A stretch of DNA of 24,000 nucleotides from an uncultured Dehalococcoidales bacterium (GTDB taxonomy: Bacteria > Chloroflexota > UBA6077 > FW602-bin22 > JAMCYS01), in NCBI GenBank assembly GCA_964566935.1, contig CAZMKF010000022.1, positions 7,442-31,441 of the forward strand, written 5' to 3'. The notes beneath the pieces are model-generated. The model saw only the letters and a program-made list of their open reading frames with translations. It was not told the origin of the DNA and made no database searches. The first letter of the stretch is position 1; every line of letters starts with the position of its first letter. Shown in pieces: positions 15,463 to 23,310 of the stretch. The position numbers and the translations under genes were made by a program.

Positions 15463-16161
15463 TTGGACCTGATCTGGGAGGGTCTGCAGAGCGCTGTCGC
15501 CATGATGCTGGGCGGCAGCTGGGAGATCTGGCGCGTGGTGCTGCTCACCTTCCAGGTCTCGGGCTCCGCTACTTTGCTTAGTGTGGGCGTTGGTGTGCCA
15601 TTGGGCACGGCGCTGGCTCTCTCCAGCTTCCCCGGGCGCCGTCTCGTCATCAGCCTGGTCAATACCGGCATGGGCATGCCGCCCGTGGTGGTGGGCCTGC
15701 TGGTCAGCATCATGCTTTGGCGCAGTGGCCCCTTCGGCAGCCTGCGTATCATCTACACCCCCACGGCCATGGTTGTCGCCCAGGTGGTAATCGTTTTGCC
15801 GATCATCGTCGGCATTTCCATGGCGGCGGTCGCTCAGTTGGATCCGCGCCTGCGATTGCAGATGCTGGGCCTGGGCGCCTCGCGCTGGCAGCTGCTCTGG
15901 GTGCTGCTGCGTGAGGCCCGTCTGGCGCTGCTGGCGGCGGTGATGGCCGGCTTTGGCGGCGTCATCTCCGAAGTGGGCGCGGTGATGATGGTGGGCGGCA
16001 ACATCCGGGGTGAGACACAGGTGCTTACCACCGCCATCGTCGAGACCACCTCGCGTGGTGAGTTCGGCCTAGCGCTCGCCTTTGGCATCATCCTTATCTT
16101 CCTGGCCTGGCTGGTCAACTTCGTGCTTACTGACCTGCAACAGCGAGGGCGGTTGCAGTAA
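15463..16161 (+). CDS. tupB: Tungstate ABC transporter permease, TupB-like
   Basis: 232-aa multi-pass membrane protein with an ABC permease fold (LVNTGMGMPPVVVGLL..., GASRWQLLWVLLREARLALLAAVMAGFGGVISEVGAVMMVGGNI). TTG 15463 lies 6 nt after GAGGAGAG. Its position between tupA and tupC supports the call. Confidence 0.8.
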   Translation: MDLIWEGLQSAVAMMLGGSWEIWRVVLLTFQVSGSATLLSVGVGVPLGTALALSSFPGRRLVISLVNTGMGMPPVVVGLLVSIMLWRSGPFGSLRIIYTPTAMVVAQVVIVLPIIVGISMAAVAQLDPRLRLQMLGLGASRWQLLWVLLREARLALLAAVMAGFGGVISEVGAVMMVGGNIRGETQVLTTAIVETTSRGEFGLALAFGIILIFLAWLVNFVLTDLQQRGRLQ

Positions 16162-17288
16162 TGGCGCCCTTCCTCTCCTTGAGCGGCGCCGTGGTGGTAC
16201 ACGACGATCGTCGCACCCTCGATGTCCCCGAACTGGAGGTCTATGAGGGGGAGGTGTTGGGGATTATCGGCCCCAACGGCGCCGGCAAGAGCACCCTTTT
16301 GCGGGTGCTGGCCATGCTGCAGCGGCCGCTCGCAGGCAAGTTGCAGTTTGCCGGTCAGCAGCTCGATCTGCGTCAGGGCGACGCGCTCGACCTGCGTCGC
16401 CGCCTGGCCGTGGTGATGCAGGATCCGCTGCTGCTCAACCGCTCGGTGCATGATAACGTCGCCATCGGCCTTGGCTTTCGGGGCATGGATAAGCGCGAGC
16501 AGGCGGAGCGGGTGGAGAGGTGGCTGGGTAAGTTCGGCGTGTTGGAACTGTCGGCACGGTCGGCGCGCACTCTGTCGGGCGGCGAGGCGCAGCGGGTCAG
16601 CCTTGCCCGTGCTTTCGCCCTCGAGCCGGAGGTGCTTATGCTGGACGAGCCGTTCTCGGCGCTCGATGCTCCCACTCGTACCGTGCTGCTGGACGACATG
16701 AGCCGCATCCTGGCGGAGACGCGCGTCACCACCGTGCTGGTCACCCACGATCGCGGCGAGGCGCTGGCGCTGAGCGACCGCCTGGCCGTGATGGTGGACG
16801 GGCGCATCCGCCAGCTAGACCTGCCACAGAAAGTGTTTAACGAACCGGTGGATGATGAGGTGGCCGCTTTTGTTGGGGTGGAGAACATCCTCAGCGGCAC
16901 GGTGCTGGAGCAGACGGAGGGGCTGGCCCGCATCGAGGTGGAAGGCAGGCAAATCCAGGCGGTGTGTGATTGCCCCGCCGGCCAGCGGGTGAGGGTCTTC
17001 CTCAGACCGGAGGACGTCACCATCCGGCTTGTCAGTGAGGGCGTTACCGAAGAGGGGTCGAACAGCAGCGCCCGCAATCACCTGGCGGCCACGGTGGAGC
17101 GGGTGACCTCGCTGGGGCCGCTGGCCCGGGTGGTGCTCGATTGCGGCTTCCGCCTGGTGGCCTCCGTCACTCACCAGTCGTTCCTCGACCTCGGCTTGCG
17201 CCCCGGTCAGCCGGTGACCATCGACTTCAAGGCCACGAGCCCCCACGTCATCCGCGACGACCGTTCGGCGCCCGGGTGGCAGGCGTAA
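16161..17288 (+). CDS. tupC: Tungstate/molybdate ABC transporter ATP-binding protein with C-terminal TOBE domain, TupC-like
   Basis: Walker A GPNGAGKST, signature LSGGEAQRV, Walker B LMLDEPFSALD, H-loop VTHD. The C-terminal approx. 130 aa are TOBE-like (NHLAATVERVTSLGPLARVVLDCGFRLVASVTHQSFLDLGLRPGQPVTIDFKATSPHVI). The start overlaps the tupB stop (TAATG). Confidence 0.85.
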   Translation: MAPFLSLSGAVVVHDDRRTLDVPELEVYEGEVLGIIGPNGAGKSTLLRVLAMLQRPLAGKLQFAGQQLDLRQGDALDLRRRLAVVMQDPLLLNRSVHDNVAIGLGFRGMDKREQAERVERWLGKFGVLELSARSARTLSGGEAQRVSLARAFALEPEVLMLDEPFSALDAPTRTVLLDDMSRILAETRVTTVLVTHDRGEALALSDRLAVMVDGRIRQLDLPQKVFNEPVDDEVAAFVGVENILSGTVLEQTEGLARIEVEGRQIQAVCDCPAGQRVRVFLRPEDVTIRLVSEGVTEEGSNSSARNHLAATVERVTSLGPLARVVLDCGFRLVASVTHQSFLDLGLRPGQPVTIDFKATSPHVIRDDRSAPGWQA

Positions 17289-17466
17289 CTGGCTCTGGAG
17301 TGGCAGCGACTCTGTGTTGCCACGAATGCATCCAAGCCTTCTGTAGGGGCGGTCTCACGGCCGCCAGTTTGATCAGAGTTCAATCAGCCCGGCGAGGCAA
17401 AGGCAACACTCGGGCCAACCAGGCGCCCTGGCATCTCATGCGTGATTGCCGCAGGCACTAACTCCC

Positions 17467-18210
17467 TTAATCGAGGATCAGCTTATTGCGTTGGAAGCGC
17501 GCCCGCGCCACCGCTAGCAGCACCCCCAGGGTGACAACGGCCACCACCACCCCAATCGCTATCGCCATGGTTGGGTCGGCCTGTGCCACTGCCGCAAACA
17601 GCAGGTCGCGGTACTGGCGCGGCAACACCGCCAGTACCGCCATCGGCACGAAGGCCACCGCCAGCACTCCGAAGGAGAGGCGCTGTGAGGCCTGGCGCAC
17701 GCTGGCGGCGTGCATCGAGGTGATCATGCCTACCAGCGAGACTATTGCTATCAGGAGCGCCGGTACCAGCAGGATCATCGCCACCAGCCAGGGCTCGTAG
17801 AAGGTCCAGCCCTGCAAGTCCGTCGCCGTCAGGTTGACGGTGATCACCCCCAGCGCGGCCACCAGCAGCCCCATACCGCCGGCGTAGGAGAAGCTGGCCA
17901 GCAGTTTGCCGAAGAGGATGGCCTCGTCGCTGAGGCGGCTGGCCAGCAGCGTTTCCAGGGTGTGGCGTTCGCGTTCGCCGGCGATGGAGTCGGCCACCAA
18001 GCTGGTTATGATGAACATTGGCACCCAGGTCAGCCACAGCAGAGGCGCAAGGCTGTTGAGCCAGGCGCTGCCGTTGGATAAGGGCAGGTAAACGCCGAAC
18101 ATACCGATGATGAACAGTAATCCGAACAACGTGGAGCGAGCGCGGCCGCGCGGCAGCAGCACCTCTTTCAGCTCTTTCTGCAGCACGGTAAGCGTGTCTT
18201 GCAGGATCAT
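17467..18210 (-). CDS. ABC-2-type exporter permease
   Basis: 247-aa protein with six hydrophobic segments and an N-terminus (LQKELKEVLLPRGRARSTLFGLLF) typical of ABC-2 permeases. It overlaps the upstream ATPase gene by 4 nt. Confidence 0.75.
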   Translation of the reverse strand: MILQDTLTVLQKELKEVLLPRGRARSTLFGLLFIIGMFGVYLPLSNGSAWLNSLAPLLWLTWVPMFIITSLVADSIAGERERHTLETLLASRLSDEAILFGKLLASFSYAGGMGLLVAALGVITVNLTATDLQGWTFYEPWLVAMILLVPALLIAIVSLVGMITSMHAASVRQASQRLSFGVLAVAFVPMAVLAVLPRQYRDLLFAAVAQADPTMAIAIGVVVAVVTLGVLLAVARARFQRNKLILD

Positions 18211-19139
18211 TGTTCGTCCTCCATCAGGGCCAGGAAGGCCTCTTCCAGACTGGCTGTGCCCTGCCGCACCTCTTCCAGCTCGGCGCCGGCCAGCACCAGC
18301 TGGCGTACCACCGGCGCCAGGGGCGCCTCACCGTGCAGAGCCACCGTCAGGCGGCCGTTCTGTTGCTCGACGGACGCCACCTCATCCCTGAGCCGCAGTG
18401 CCGCCAGCATGTCGTCGCTGAAGCCGCTGCCGACAAACTCGGCCCTGCGGGCGCCGGCGTGCGTGCGCAGGTTATCCGGCCGGTCGAGTGCGATCAGCTT
18501 GCCCTCACGGATCACCCCGATCAACTGGCAGAGACTCTCCGCCTCGGTCAAATTGTGAGTATTGAGGAAGACAGTCGCTCCCTGCTGCCGTACCACGTTC
18601 TGCAGGTCTTCGCGCAAGCCGGCGGCGGCCAGCGGGTCGAGGCCGGCGGTGGGCTCATCAAGGAAGATAACTTGCGGGCTGTGCATGAGCGTGCGAGCCA
18701 CCGCCAGCTTCTGCTTCATGCCGCGGCTCCACTTGGCCACGCCCTCGTTGCGGCGCTCCCACAGCCCCATGTGTTCCAGCAGCTCCCGCGCCCGTCTACT
18801 CCTTGCCGAGGCGGGCATATGCCAAACCTTACCGTAGAAATCGAGGTTATCGAAGGCGCTGAGCCGCTCGTAGAGGCCGTTGTGCTCCAACAGGGCGCCG
18901 CTGCGCTGGCGAATCTCGGTCGGTTGCTGGCGGCTGTCGAAGCCGAGCACGGTGGCGCTGCCGCTGTCGGGCTCCAGCAGGCCGAGCAGGAGATGCATCA
19001 TCGTCGTCTTACCGGCGCCGTTGGGCCCCAGAAAGCCGAAGACGGTGCCGCGCGGGATTTCAAAGGAAACGTTGTCCACCGCGCGCACGCTGCCGAAACT
19101 GCGGCTCAAGTTGCGCACGCTGATTGCGCTCTCGCTCAA
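18207..19139 (-). CDS. ABC-2-type exporter ATP-binding protein
   Basis: Walker A GPNGAGKTT, Q-loop, signature WSRGMKQKLAVA, Walker B IFLDEPTAGLD, H-loop NTHN. TTG start after GAGGAGG. Confidence 0.9.
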   Translation of the reverse strand: MSESAISVRNLSRSFGSVRAVDNVSFEIPRGTVFGFLGPNGAGKTTMMHLLLGLLEPDSGSATVLGFDSRQQPTEIRQRSGALLEHNGLYERLSAFDNLDFYGKVWHMPASARSRRARELLEHMGLWERRNEGVAKWSRGMKQKLAVARTLMHSPQVIFLDEPTAGLDPLAAAGLREDLQNVVRQQGATVFLNTHNLTEAESLCQLIGVIREGKLIALDRPDNLRTHAGARRAEFVGSGFSDDMLAALRLRDEVASVEQQNGRLTVALHGEAPLAPVVRQLVLAGAELEEVRQGTASLEEAFLALMEDEQ

Positions 19140-19157
19140 GTGGTGGAGACCTCCTCG

Positions 19158-19472
19158 CTAAACCTGGTGTTCCGGAAAACCGGTGATCACCCGTTGCAGT
19201 TGCTGACGGTAACCTAAGTCCGCCTCACTTCCAGCCTCGCTCAAAGGCAGCGCCGTCTGCAGTGTCTTGCAGTGGAACCGGTTCTCCCCCTCCGCGTAAC
19301 CGGTCTGCTCCAGCTGGCTCAGGTGGGCGGAGAGATTGCCTTTTGTGAGGCCGGTTTCCGGTAGCATGTAAAGAGAATCGGCTCTTTTGGCGGCGTAGAG
19401 GGTGGCTACAATGATCGGGCGCGCCGGCTCGTGAATGAGGCGATCGATGCTGAGGTGGTCGGCGGCACTCAT
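19158..19472 (-). CDS. Small winged-helix transcriptional regulator (HTH_34/ArsR-like), first gene of the ABC-2 exporter operon
   Basis: IHEPARPIIVATLYAAKRADSLYMLPETGLTKGNLSAHLSQLEQTGYAE fits the pattern IHEPARLxIxxxL...LxxxLGLTxGNLSxHLxKLExAGYV. ATG 19472 lies 6 nt after GGAGGA. Confidence 0.7.
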   Translation of the reverse strand: MSAADHLSIDRLIHEPARPIIVATLYAAKRADSLYMLPETGLTKGNLSAHLSQLEQTGYAEGENRFHCKTLQTALPLSEAGSEADLGYRQQLQRVITGFPEHQV

Positions 19473-19690
19473 GGCATATCCTCCGGAGGCGCCGGATCCT
19501 TATAGACACCTCGATTGACGATTGGAAAATCCTAGCGCAAACTCGTCCGTGCTGCAAACCAGGAAGCCAACTCCCATACGTGGCAGGCGGGTTGCTTGTT
19601 GATCCTCGGAGTACTTACAATTGTGTTGGGTCTGGACCACTTTCCACAGCGGAGGTGGCGATCTACACAGAATGAGGTGCGAGAAAGAAA

Positions 19691-20566
19691 ATGAGGAATA
19701 CGAAAGCGATACTGGTAGCAGGGCTATTGAGTCTGTCGCTGCTGGCGTCCGCTTGCCAGACGGCGCCTGCTGCCGCCCCCACCAGCGCGGCCACCAAGGC
19801 TGCCGCCACCGCTGCGGCCACCCAGGCCGCCGCCACCAGCGCGGCTACCAAGGCTGCCGCCCCCACTAGCGCGGCCACCAAGGCTGCTGCTACCGCCGCA
19901 GCTACCCAGGCCGCCGCCACCGCTGCGGCCACCAAGGCAGCGGCCACCGCCGCCCCTGCCGCCACCAAAGCCCCGGCAGCGGCTACCAAGGCCCCGGCTG
20001 CCACCGCCGCCAGCACGAGCGGCAGCATCATCGGCGCCAAGGAGCTGTCGTTTGAGATCGTCATCACCGCGCCCGATAATGAAACGTATGCCAGCAAGAT
20101 CTGGGCCAAGAACGACAAGTTGCGCATGGAGATGGAGATACTGGGCCAGGGTGTGACGATGATCATTGACCCGGGCGCCGGCGCCGCCTACATGATCATG
20201 AACGAGGAGAAACAGGCGCTTAAACTGCCGATCACCCAGGCTGAGCAGCAGTCCGGCGCTTCCGGCAGTGCGGTAGAGATGGTCAGGGCTGAGGATCGCG
20301 GCACCAAAGTGGGTAGTGAGACGATCAACGGCAAGCAGACCGACCTTTACGAGAAGTCCCTGCCAGAGGGCTCCAAACTGAAGCTATGGGTTTCTCAGGA
20401 TAACCAGTTCCCTGTGAGGGCCGAGATTCGGAATAGAGACGGTGTGATGACGATGGAGTACAAGAACGTCAGCCTCGCGCCGGTCGCCGACAGCATGTTC
20501 ACACTGCCAGCCGATGTCATCGTGACCGATGCCGGGGCGCTCCTGCAGTCGACTCCAGAGCGCTAA
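19691..20566 (+). CDS. Predicted lipoprotein with long Ala/Thr/Lys tether and LolA-like/DUF4367-like beta-rich C-terminal domain; function unknown
   Basis: The signal peptide has a lipobox (LLSLSLLASAC), followed by approx. 85 aa of tether. The globular part (YASKIWAKNDKLRMEMEILGQGVTMIIDPGAGAAYMIMNEEKQALKL...KLWVSQDNQFPVRAEIRNRDGVMTMEYKNVSLAPVADSMFTLPADV) resembles LolA-fold lipoproteins. The family assignment is by eye only. Confidence 0.7.
   Translation: MRNTKAILVAGLLSLSLLASACQTAPAAAPTSAATKAAATAAATQAAATSAATKAAAPTSAATKAAATAAATQAAATAAATKAAATAAPAATKAPAAATKAPAATAASTSGSIIGAKELSFEIVITAPDNETYASKIWAKNDKLRMEMEILGQGVTMIIDPGAGAAYMIMNEEKQALKLPITQAEQQSGASGSAVEMVRAEDRGTKVGSETINGKQTDLYEKSLPEGSKLKLWVSQDNQFPVRAEIRNRDGVMTMEYKNVSLAPVADSMFTLPADVIVTDAGALLQSTPER
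19778..20002 (+). repeat. In-frame tandem repeats: 84-bp unit x2 (19778-19861, 19862-19945) followed by 21-bp unit x2 (19961-19981, 19982-20002)
   Basis: The units encode PTSAATKAAATAAATQAAATSAATKAAA and PTSAATKAAATAAATQAAATAAATKAAA. I count 11 differences in 84 nt, mostly synonymous. They are followed by ATKAPAA x2. The repeats create the mirror ORF 19663..20166(-). Confidence 0.75.
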
Positions 20567-20604
20567 CAGCACCGGCTTGCCAGGCACGAACTGCCGTGGC
20601 ACGT

Positions 20605-20640
20605 AAAAGAGGCGGTCCCCGCGGGGACCGCCTCTTGTCT
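20605..20640. terminator. Bidirectional intrinsic terminator between convergent genes
   Basis: AAGAGGCGGTCCC(20607-20619)/GGGACCGCCTCTT(20624-20636) forms a perfect 13-bp stem with a CGCG loop. It is flanked by AAAA upstream and TTGTCTT downstream. Confidence 0.6.
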
Positions 20641-20650
20641 TGCCTGCTGC

Positions 20651-22333
20651 TCAGCCGATCCAGATCCAGCGCGGGTCGAGGTTCTGGAAAGTAACGGAGA
20701 CGTCGTGTACATTCTTGCGGTACACTTTATTCTCCGGCATGAAGTAGCCCACCGTCCAGTAGGCGGTGTCGTACATCACCTGCTGCACCTGCTTGTAGAT
20801 CTCGTGGCGCTTCTTATCGTCCTGCTCCAGGCGACCGTCCTGCATCAGTTTGTCGATTTCGGGAATCTTGGCTTGTGCCCAGTTGGCGCCGGCGCCGCTG
20901 ACGATGCCGCGGCTTGCCAGGTCGGGATCAGGGTTGGGGCCCTGGCGCCAGAAGCAGGCATCGTACTTGCCTGTATTGATTTTCTCTATCCAGGCAACTC
21001 GTTCCATGCTTTCGAGCGTAGTGCGAATGCCCACTGCATCCCACATCGATTTAACCATCTCGCCGATGCGGTTCTCCTGGGCACGGGTGATCACCGAGAG
21101 GGTTACGTCAACGCCGCCTGAGAAGCCTGCCTCTGCCAGCAGTTGTTTCGCCTTCTCCGGTTGGTAGTCGTACTTGGGGATGCTCTCGTCGTAGCCCAAC
21201 ATGCCCGGTCCCCAGTAGGGGTAGTAGTGGGGCGTTCCCACGCCGAAGCCGAAAGTCTTGGCCATTGCCTCGCGGTTGAGAGCGTAGTTGGCTGCCTGAC
21301 GCAACTTCAGGTTGTCGTGGAATCTGCCACCAGAGAACGAGTAGCTGGCGGTGAAGTAGTGCGGCCCCGCCCAGTCGATCTGCCAGTACTCCAGTTCGGG
21401 ATTGGACTTCGTAGCGGCTATATCCTTGCCTTCAATGTTCTCTGTCAGGTCGATCGTGCCGGCGCGCATCTCAGCGAGGATTACTGCCGGGTCTTGGATG
21501 TAGCGCTCCACGTAGCGATCGAAGTAGGGGAACGGTTTGCCGTCCGGCGCCATCATCCAGTAGTTCTCGTTACGCTCTAGGGTGAGCGTGTCGTCACGCT
21601 TCCAGTCCACGAACTTCATTGGTCCCGAGCCCACCGGGTGGGTGCCGAAGGCGTCGGCGCCAGCCTTCTCGAAGGCCTCTTTGGAGATGATGGCGAAGTT
21701 AGGGTCGGTGCCACCGCCAAGAATGGCCTCCAGTGAGACGAGCGGGTTCTTGAGCGTGATCTTCACGGTGTTGGCGTCCACCGCCTCCACCTTCTCAAAT
21801 GAGCTGATGTACTGCTTGGTGTAGAACTTGGGATCGGTCATCCAGCGGTTGATGTTCCAGCGTGCGACCTCGGCGTTGAAGGGCGAGCCGTCGTGGAACT
21901 TGACATCCTGGCGCAGCTTCATCACAAACTCGGTTGGCGTGGGCCGCTCCCATGAGACCGCCAATTCCGGCTTGATCTCGAACACACCCTTGGCGCGGTC
22001 CACCAGCACGCGTCGCATTAGCTGGTCGAATAGCAGCGGGTAGGTGGGGTGGTACTTCGAAGTGGTGAGATGCGGATCGAGCGAGGGCATCGTCCAGCCG
22101 AGCGCGCAGCGGAGGGTACCGCCTCGTTTGATGGCGCCGGCAGCGCCAGCAGCGGCGGTTGCTGCCGTCTTGGGCGCTGCAGTGGCTGCTCCACTGGCCT
22201 TGGTGGCGGCCGGCGCCTGTGTGGCGGAACTGCCACTACCGCAGCCGACCAATGTTAGGGAGGCTACTACACCTGCCGTTACTTTGAGCAGGTTGCGGCG
22301 GCTTAGCTTGATCTCGGTTCGCTGCTTTTCCAT
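20651..22333 (-). CDS. ABC transporter substrate-binding protein, family 5 (peptide/nickel, DppA/OppA-like), Tat-signal lipoprotein
   Basis: ATG 22333 is preceded by AAGGAAGGA. The N-terminus MEKQRTEIKLSRRNLLKVTAGVVASLTLVGCGSGSS has a twin-arginine motif and a lipobox, followed by an Ala/Thr-rich tether. The mature domain (GGTLRCALGWTMPSLDPH..., WERPTPTEFVMKLRQDVKFHDGSPFNA) is SBP_bac_5-like. The track start at 22498 would overlap the upstream permease gene. Confidence 0.85.
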   Translation of the reverse strand: MEKQRTEIKLSRRNLLKVTAGVVASLTLVGCGSGSSATQAPAATKASGAATAAPKTAATAAAGAAGAIKRGGTLRCALGWTMPSLDPHLTTSKYHPTYPLLFDQLMRRVLVDRAKGVFEIKPELAVSWERPTPTEFVMKLRQDVKFHDGSPFNAEVARWNINRWMTDPKFYTKQYISSFEKVEAVDANTVKITLKNPLVSLEAILGGGTDPNFAIISKEAFEKAGADAFGTHPVGSGPMKFVDWKRDDTLTLERNENYWMMAPDGKPFPYFDRYVERYIQDPAVILAEMRAGTIDLTENIEGKDIAATKSNPELEYWQIDWAGPHYFTASYSFSGGRFHDNLKLRQAANYALNREAMAKTFGFGVGTPHYYPYWGPGMLGYDESIPKYDYQPEKAKQLLAEAGFSGGVDVTLSVITRAQENRIGEMVKSMWDAVGIRTTLESMERVAWIEKINTGKYDACFWRQGPNPDPDLASRGIVSGAGANWAQAKIPEIDKLMQDGRLEQDDKKRHEIYKQVQQVMYDTAYWTVGYFMPENKVYRKNVHDVSVTFQNLDPRWIWIG

Positions 22334-22380
22334 TTTTATCCTTCCTTTATTGCTTTTGGTCCTGCAAGCAGCGTGGTGGT

Positions 22381-23286
22381 TTAGCCGACACCTCGCTGGC
22401 GCAGACGCGGGTCGAGCGCAATGCGCAGGGCGTCGCCGACGAAGTTCAGCCCCAGCACCGAGATGAAGATGGCCGCGCCTGGGAAGATGGACAGCCAAGG
22501 GGCCATCTCCAGATACTGGTAGCCGTTATAGAGCATTGAGCCCCAGCTGGGGGTGGGTGGACGCACACCCACCCCCAGGAACGAGAGGGTAGCCTCGACG
22601 ATGATGGCAAAGGAGACGTTGAGCGAGGCCTGCACGATGATCGGTGCGGTAACGTTGGGCCAGATGTGCTGCCACATGAGGCGGCCATTGCTGGCGCCCA
22701 GGACCCGCGCCGCCATCACAAAATCGCGCTCGCGCACGGAAAGTGCCTGGCCGCGCACCAGGCGCGCCAAGGGCGGTATGTAAACAATGCCTATTGCGAT
22801 CATGGCGTTGACTATGCCGGGACCCAGCGCGGCGGTAATAGCCAAGGCGAGAATGATTGAGGGGAAGGCGTATAGAGCATCGGTGAAGCGCATCAACACC
22901 TCGTCTACCAGGCCGGCAAAGAAGCCGGCCAGCAGACCGATGATTACGCCTGCCACCGTGGCAATGCCCACCGCTACCAGGCCAACCTGCAGCGAGACGC
23001 GTGCGCCGTGGATGATGCGGCTGAGCACGTCGCGCCCCAAATCGTCGGTGCCGAAGGGATGTTGCAGGCTGGGGTCGCTGAGCACGTTTGCGTAATCTTG
23101 GGCAATAGGATCGTAAGGCGAAACGACGTCGGCTAATAGCGCAGCTAAGATGAGGGTGCTCACCACCACCAGACCGAAGCCGGCGAGCCGCGTCTGCAGC
23201 AGCCGCTGTACGAAACGCTGCACTCGCTGCCAGCGTTTCGGCTCGGCGAAGACGGGGCCTTGGTGGTTATTCAGTTCTCTAGCCAC
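22381..23286 (-). CDS. ABC transporter permease, DppC/OppC-like
   Basis: VVSPYDPIAQDY...HPFGTDDLGRDVLSRIIHGARVSLQVG, plus the EAA-loop region ARVLGASNGRLMWQHIWPNVTAPIIV, are typical of the second permease of peptide/nickel ABC importers. GTG start. Confidence 0.9.
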   Translation of the reverse strand: MARELNNHQGPVFAEPKRWQRVQRFVQRLLQTRLAGFGLVVVSTLILAALLADVVSPYDPIAQDYANVLSDPSLQHPFGTDDLGRDVLSRIIHGARVSLQVGLVAVGIATVAGVIIGLLAGFFAGLVDEVLMRFTDALYAFPSIILALAITAALGPGIVNAMIAIGIVYIPPLARLVRGQALSVRERDFVMAARVLGASNGRLMWQHIWPNVTAPIIVQASLNVSFAIIVEATLSFLGVGVRPPTPSWGSMLYNGYQYLEMAPWLSIFPGAAIFISVLGLNFVGDALRIALDPRLRQRGVG

Positions 23287-23310
23287 TAGCGCACTTCATC
23301 ATTTGGACTC

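Noticed and set aside
17289-17466. 178-bp convergent intergenic region after tupC, with the ORF 17141..17461(+) and a tRNA-T-loop-like string GAGTTCAATCA (about 17377-17387)
   Set aside because: The flanks of the TTCAATC string do not pair, so there is no T-arm and no acceptor stem. The ORF is an out-of-frame continuation of tupC with Arg/Pro-rich sequence. Only weak 5-bp stems are present, so I call no terminator here.
19663-20166. 167-aa minus-strand ORF (and 14318..14623(-), 14379..14960(-), 22044..22466(+)) rich in Ala/Val/Gly
   Set aside because: These are mirror images of the Ala/Thr/Lys-coding low-complexity tethers (GCC/ACC repeats read as GGC/GGT on the other strand). They are not independent genes. 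The DNA repeats are coding tandem repeats, not CRISPR arrays, since there are no unique spacers of constant length.
23279-23302. 7-codon mini-ORF (ATG ATG AAG TGC GCT AGT GGC TAG) with a good SD (TAGGAG), overlapping the GTG start of the DppC-like permease
   Set aside because: It is too short to support as a gene. It could contribute to translational coupling between the two permease genes, but that is speculation from sequence alone.
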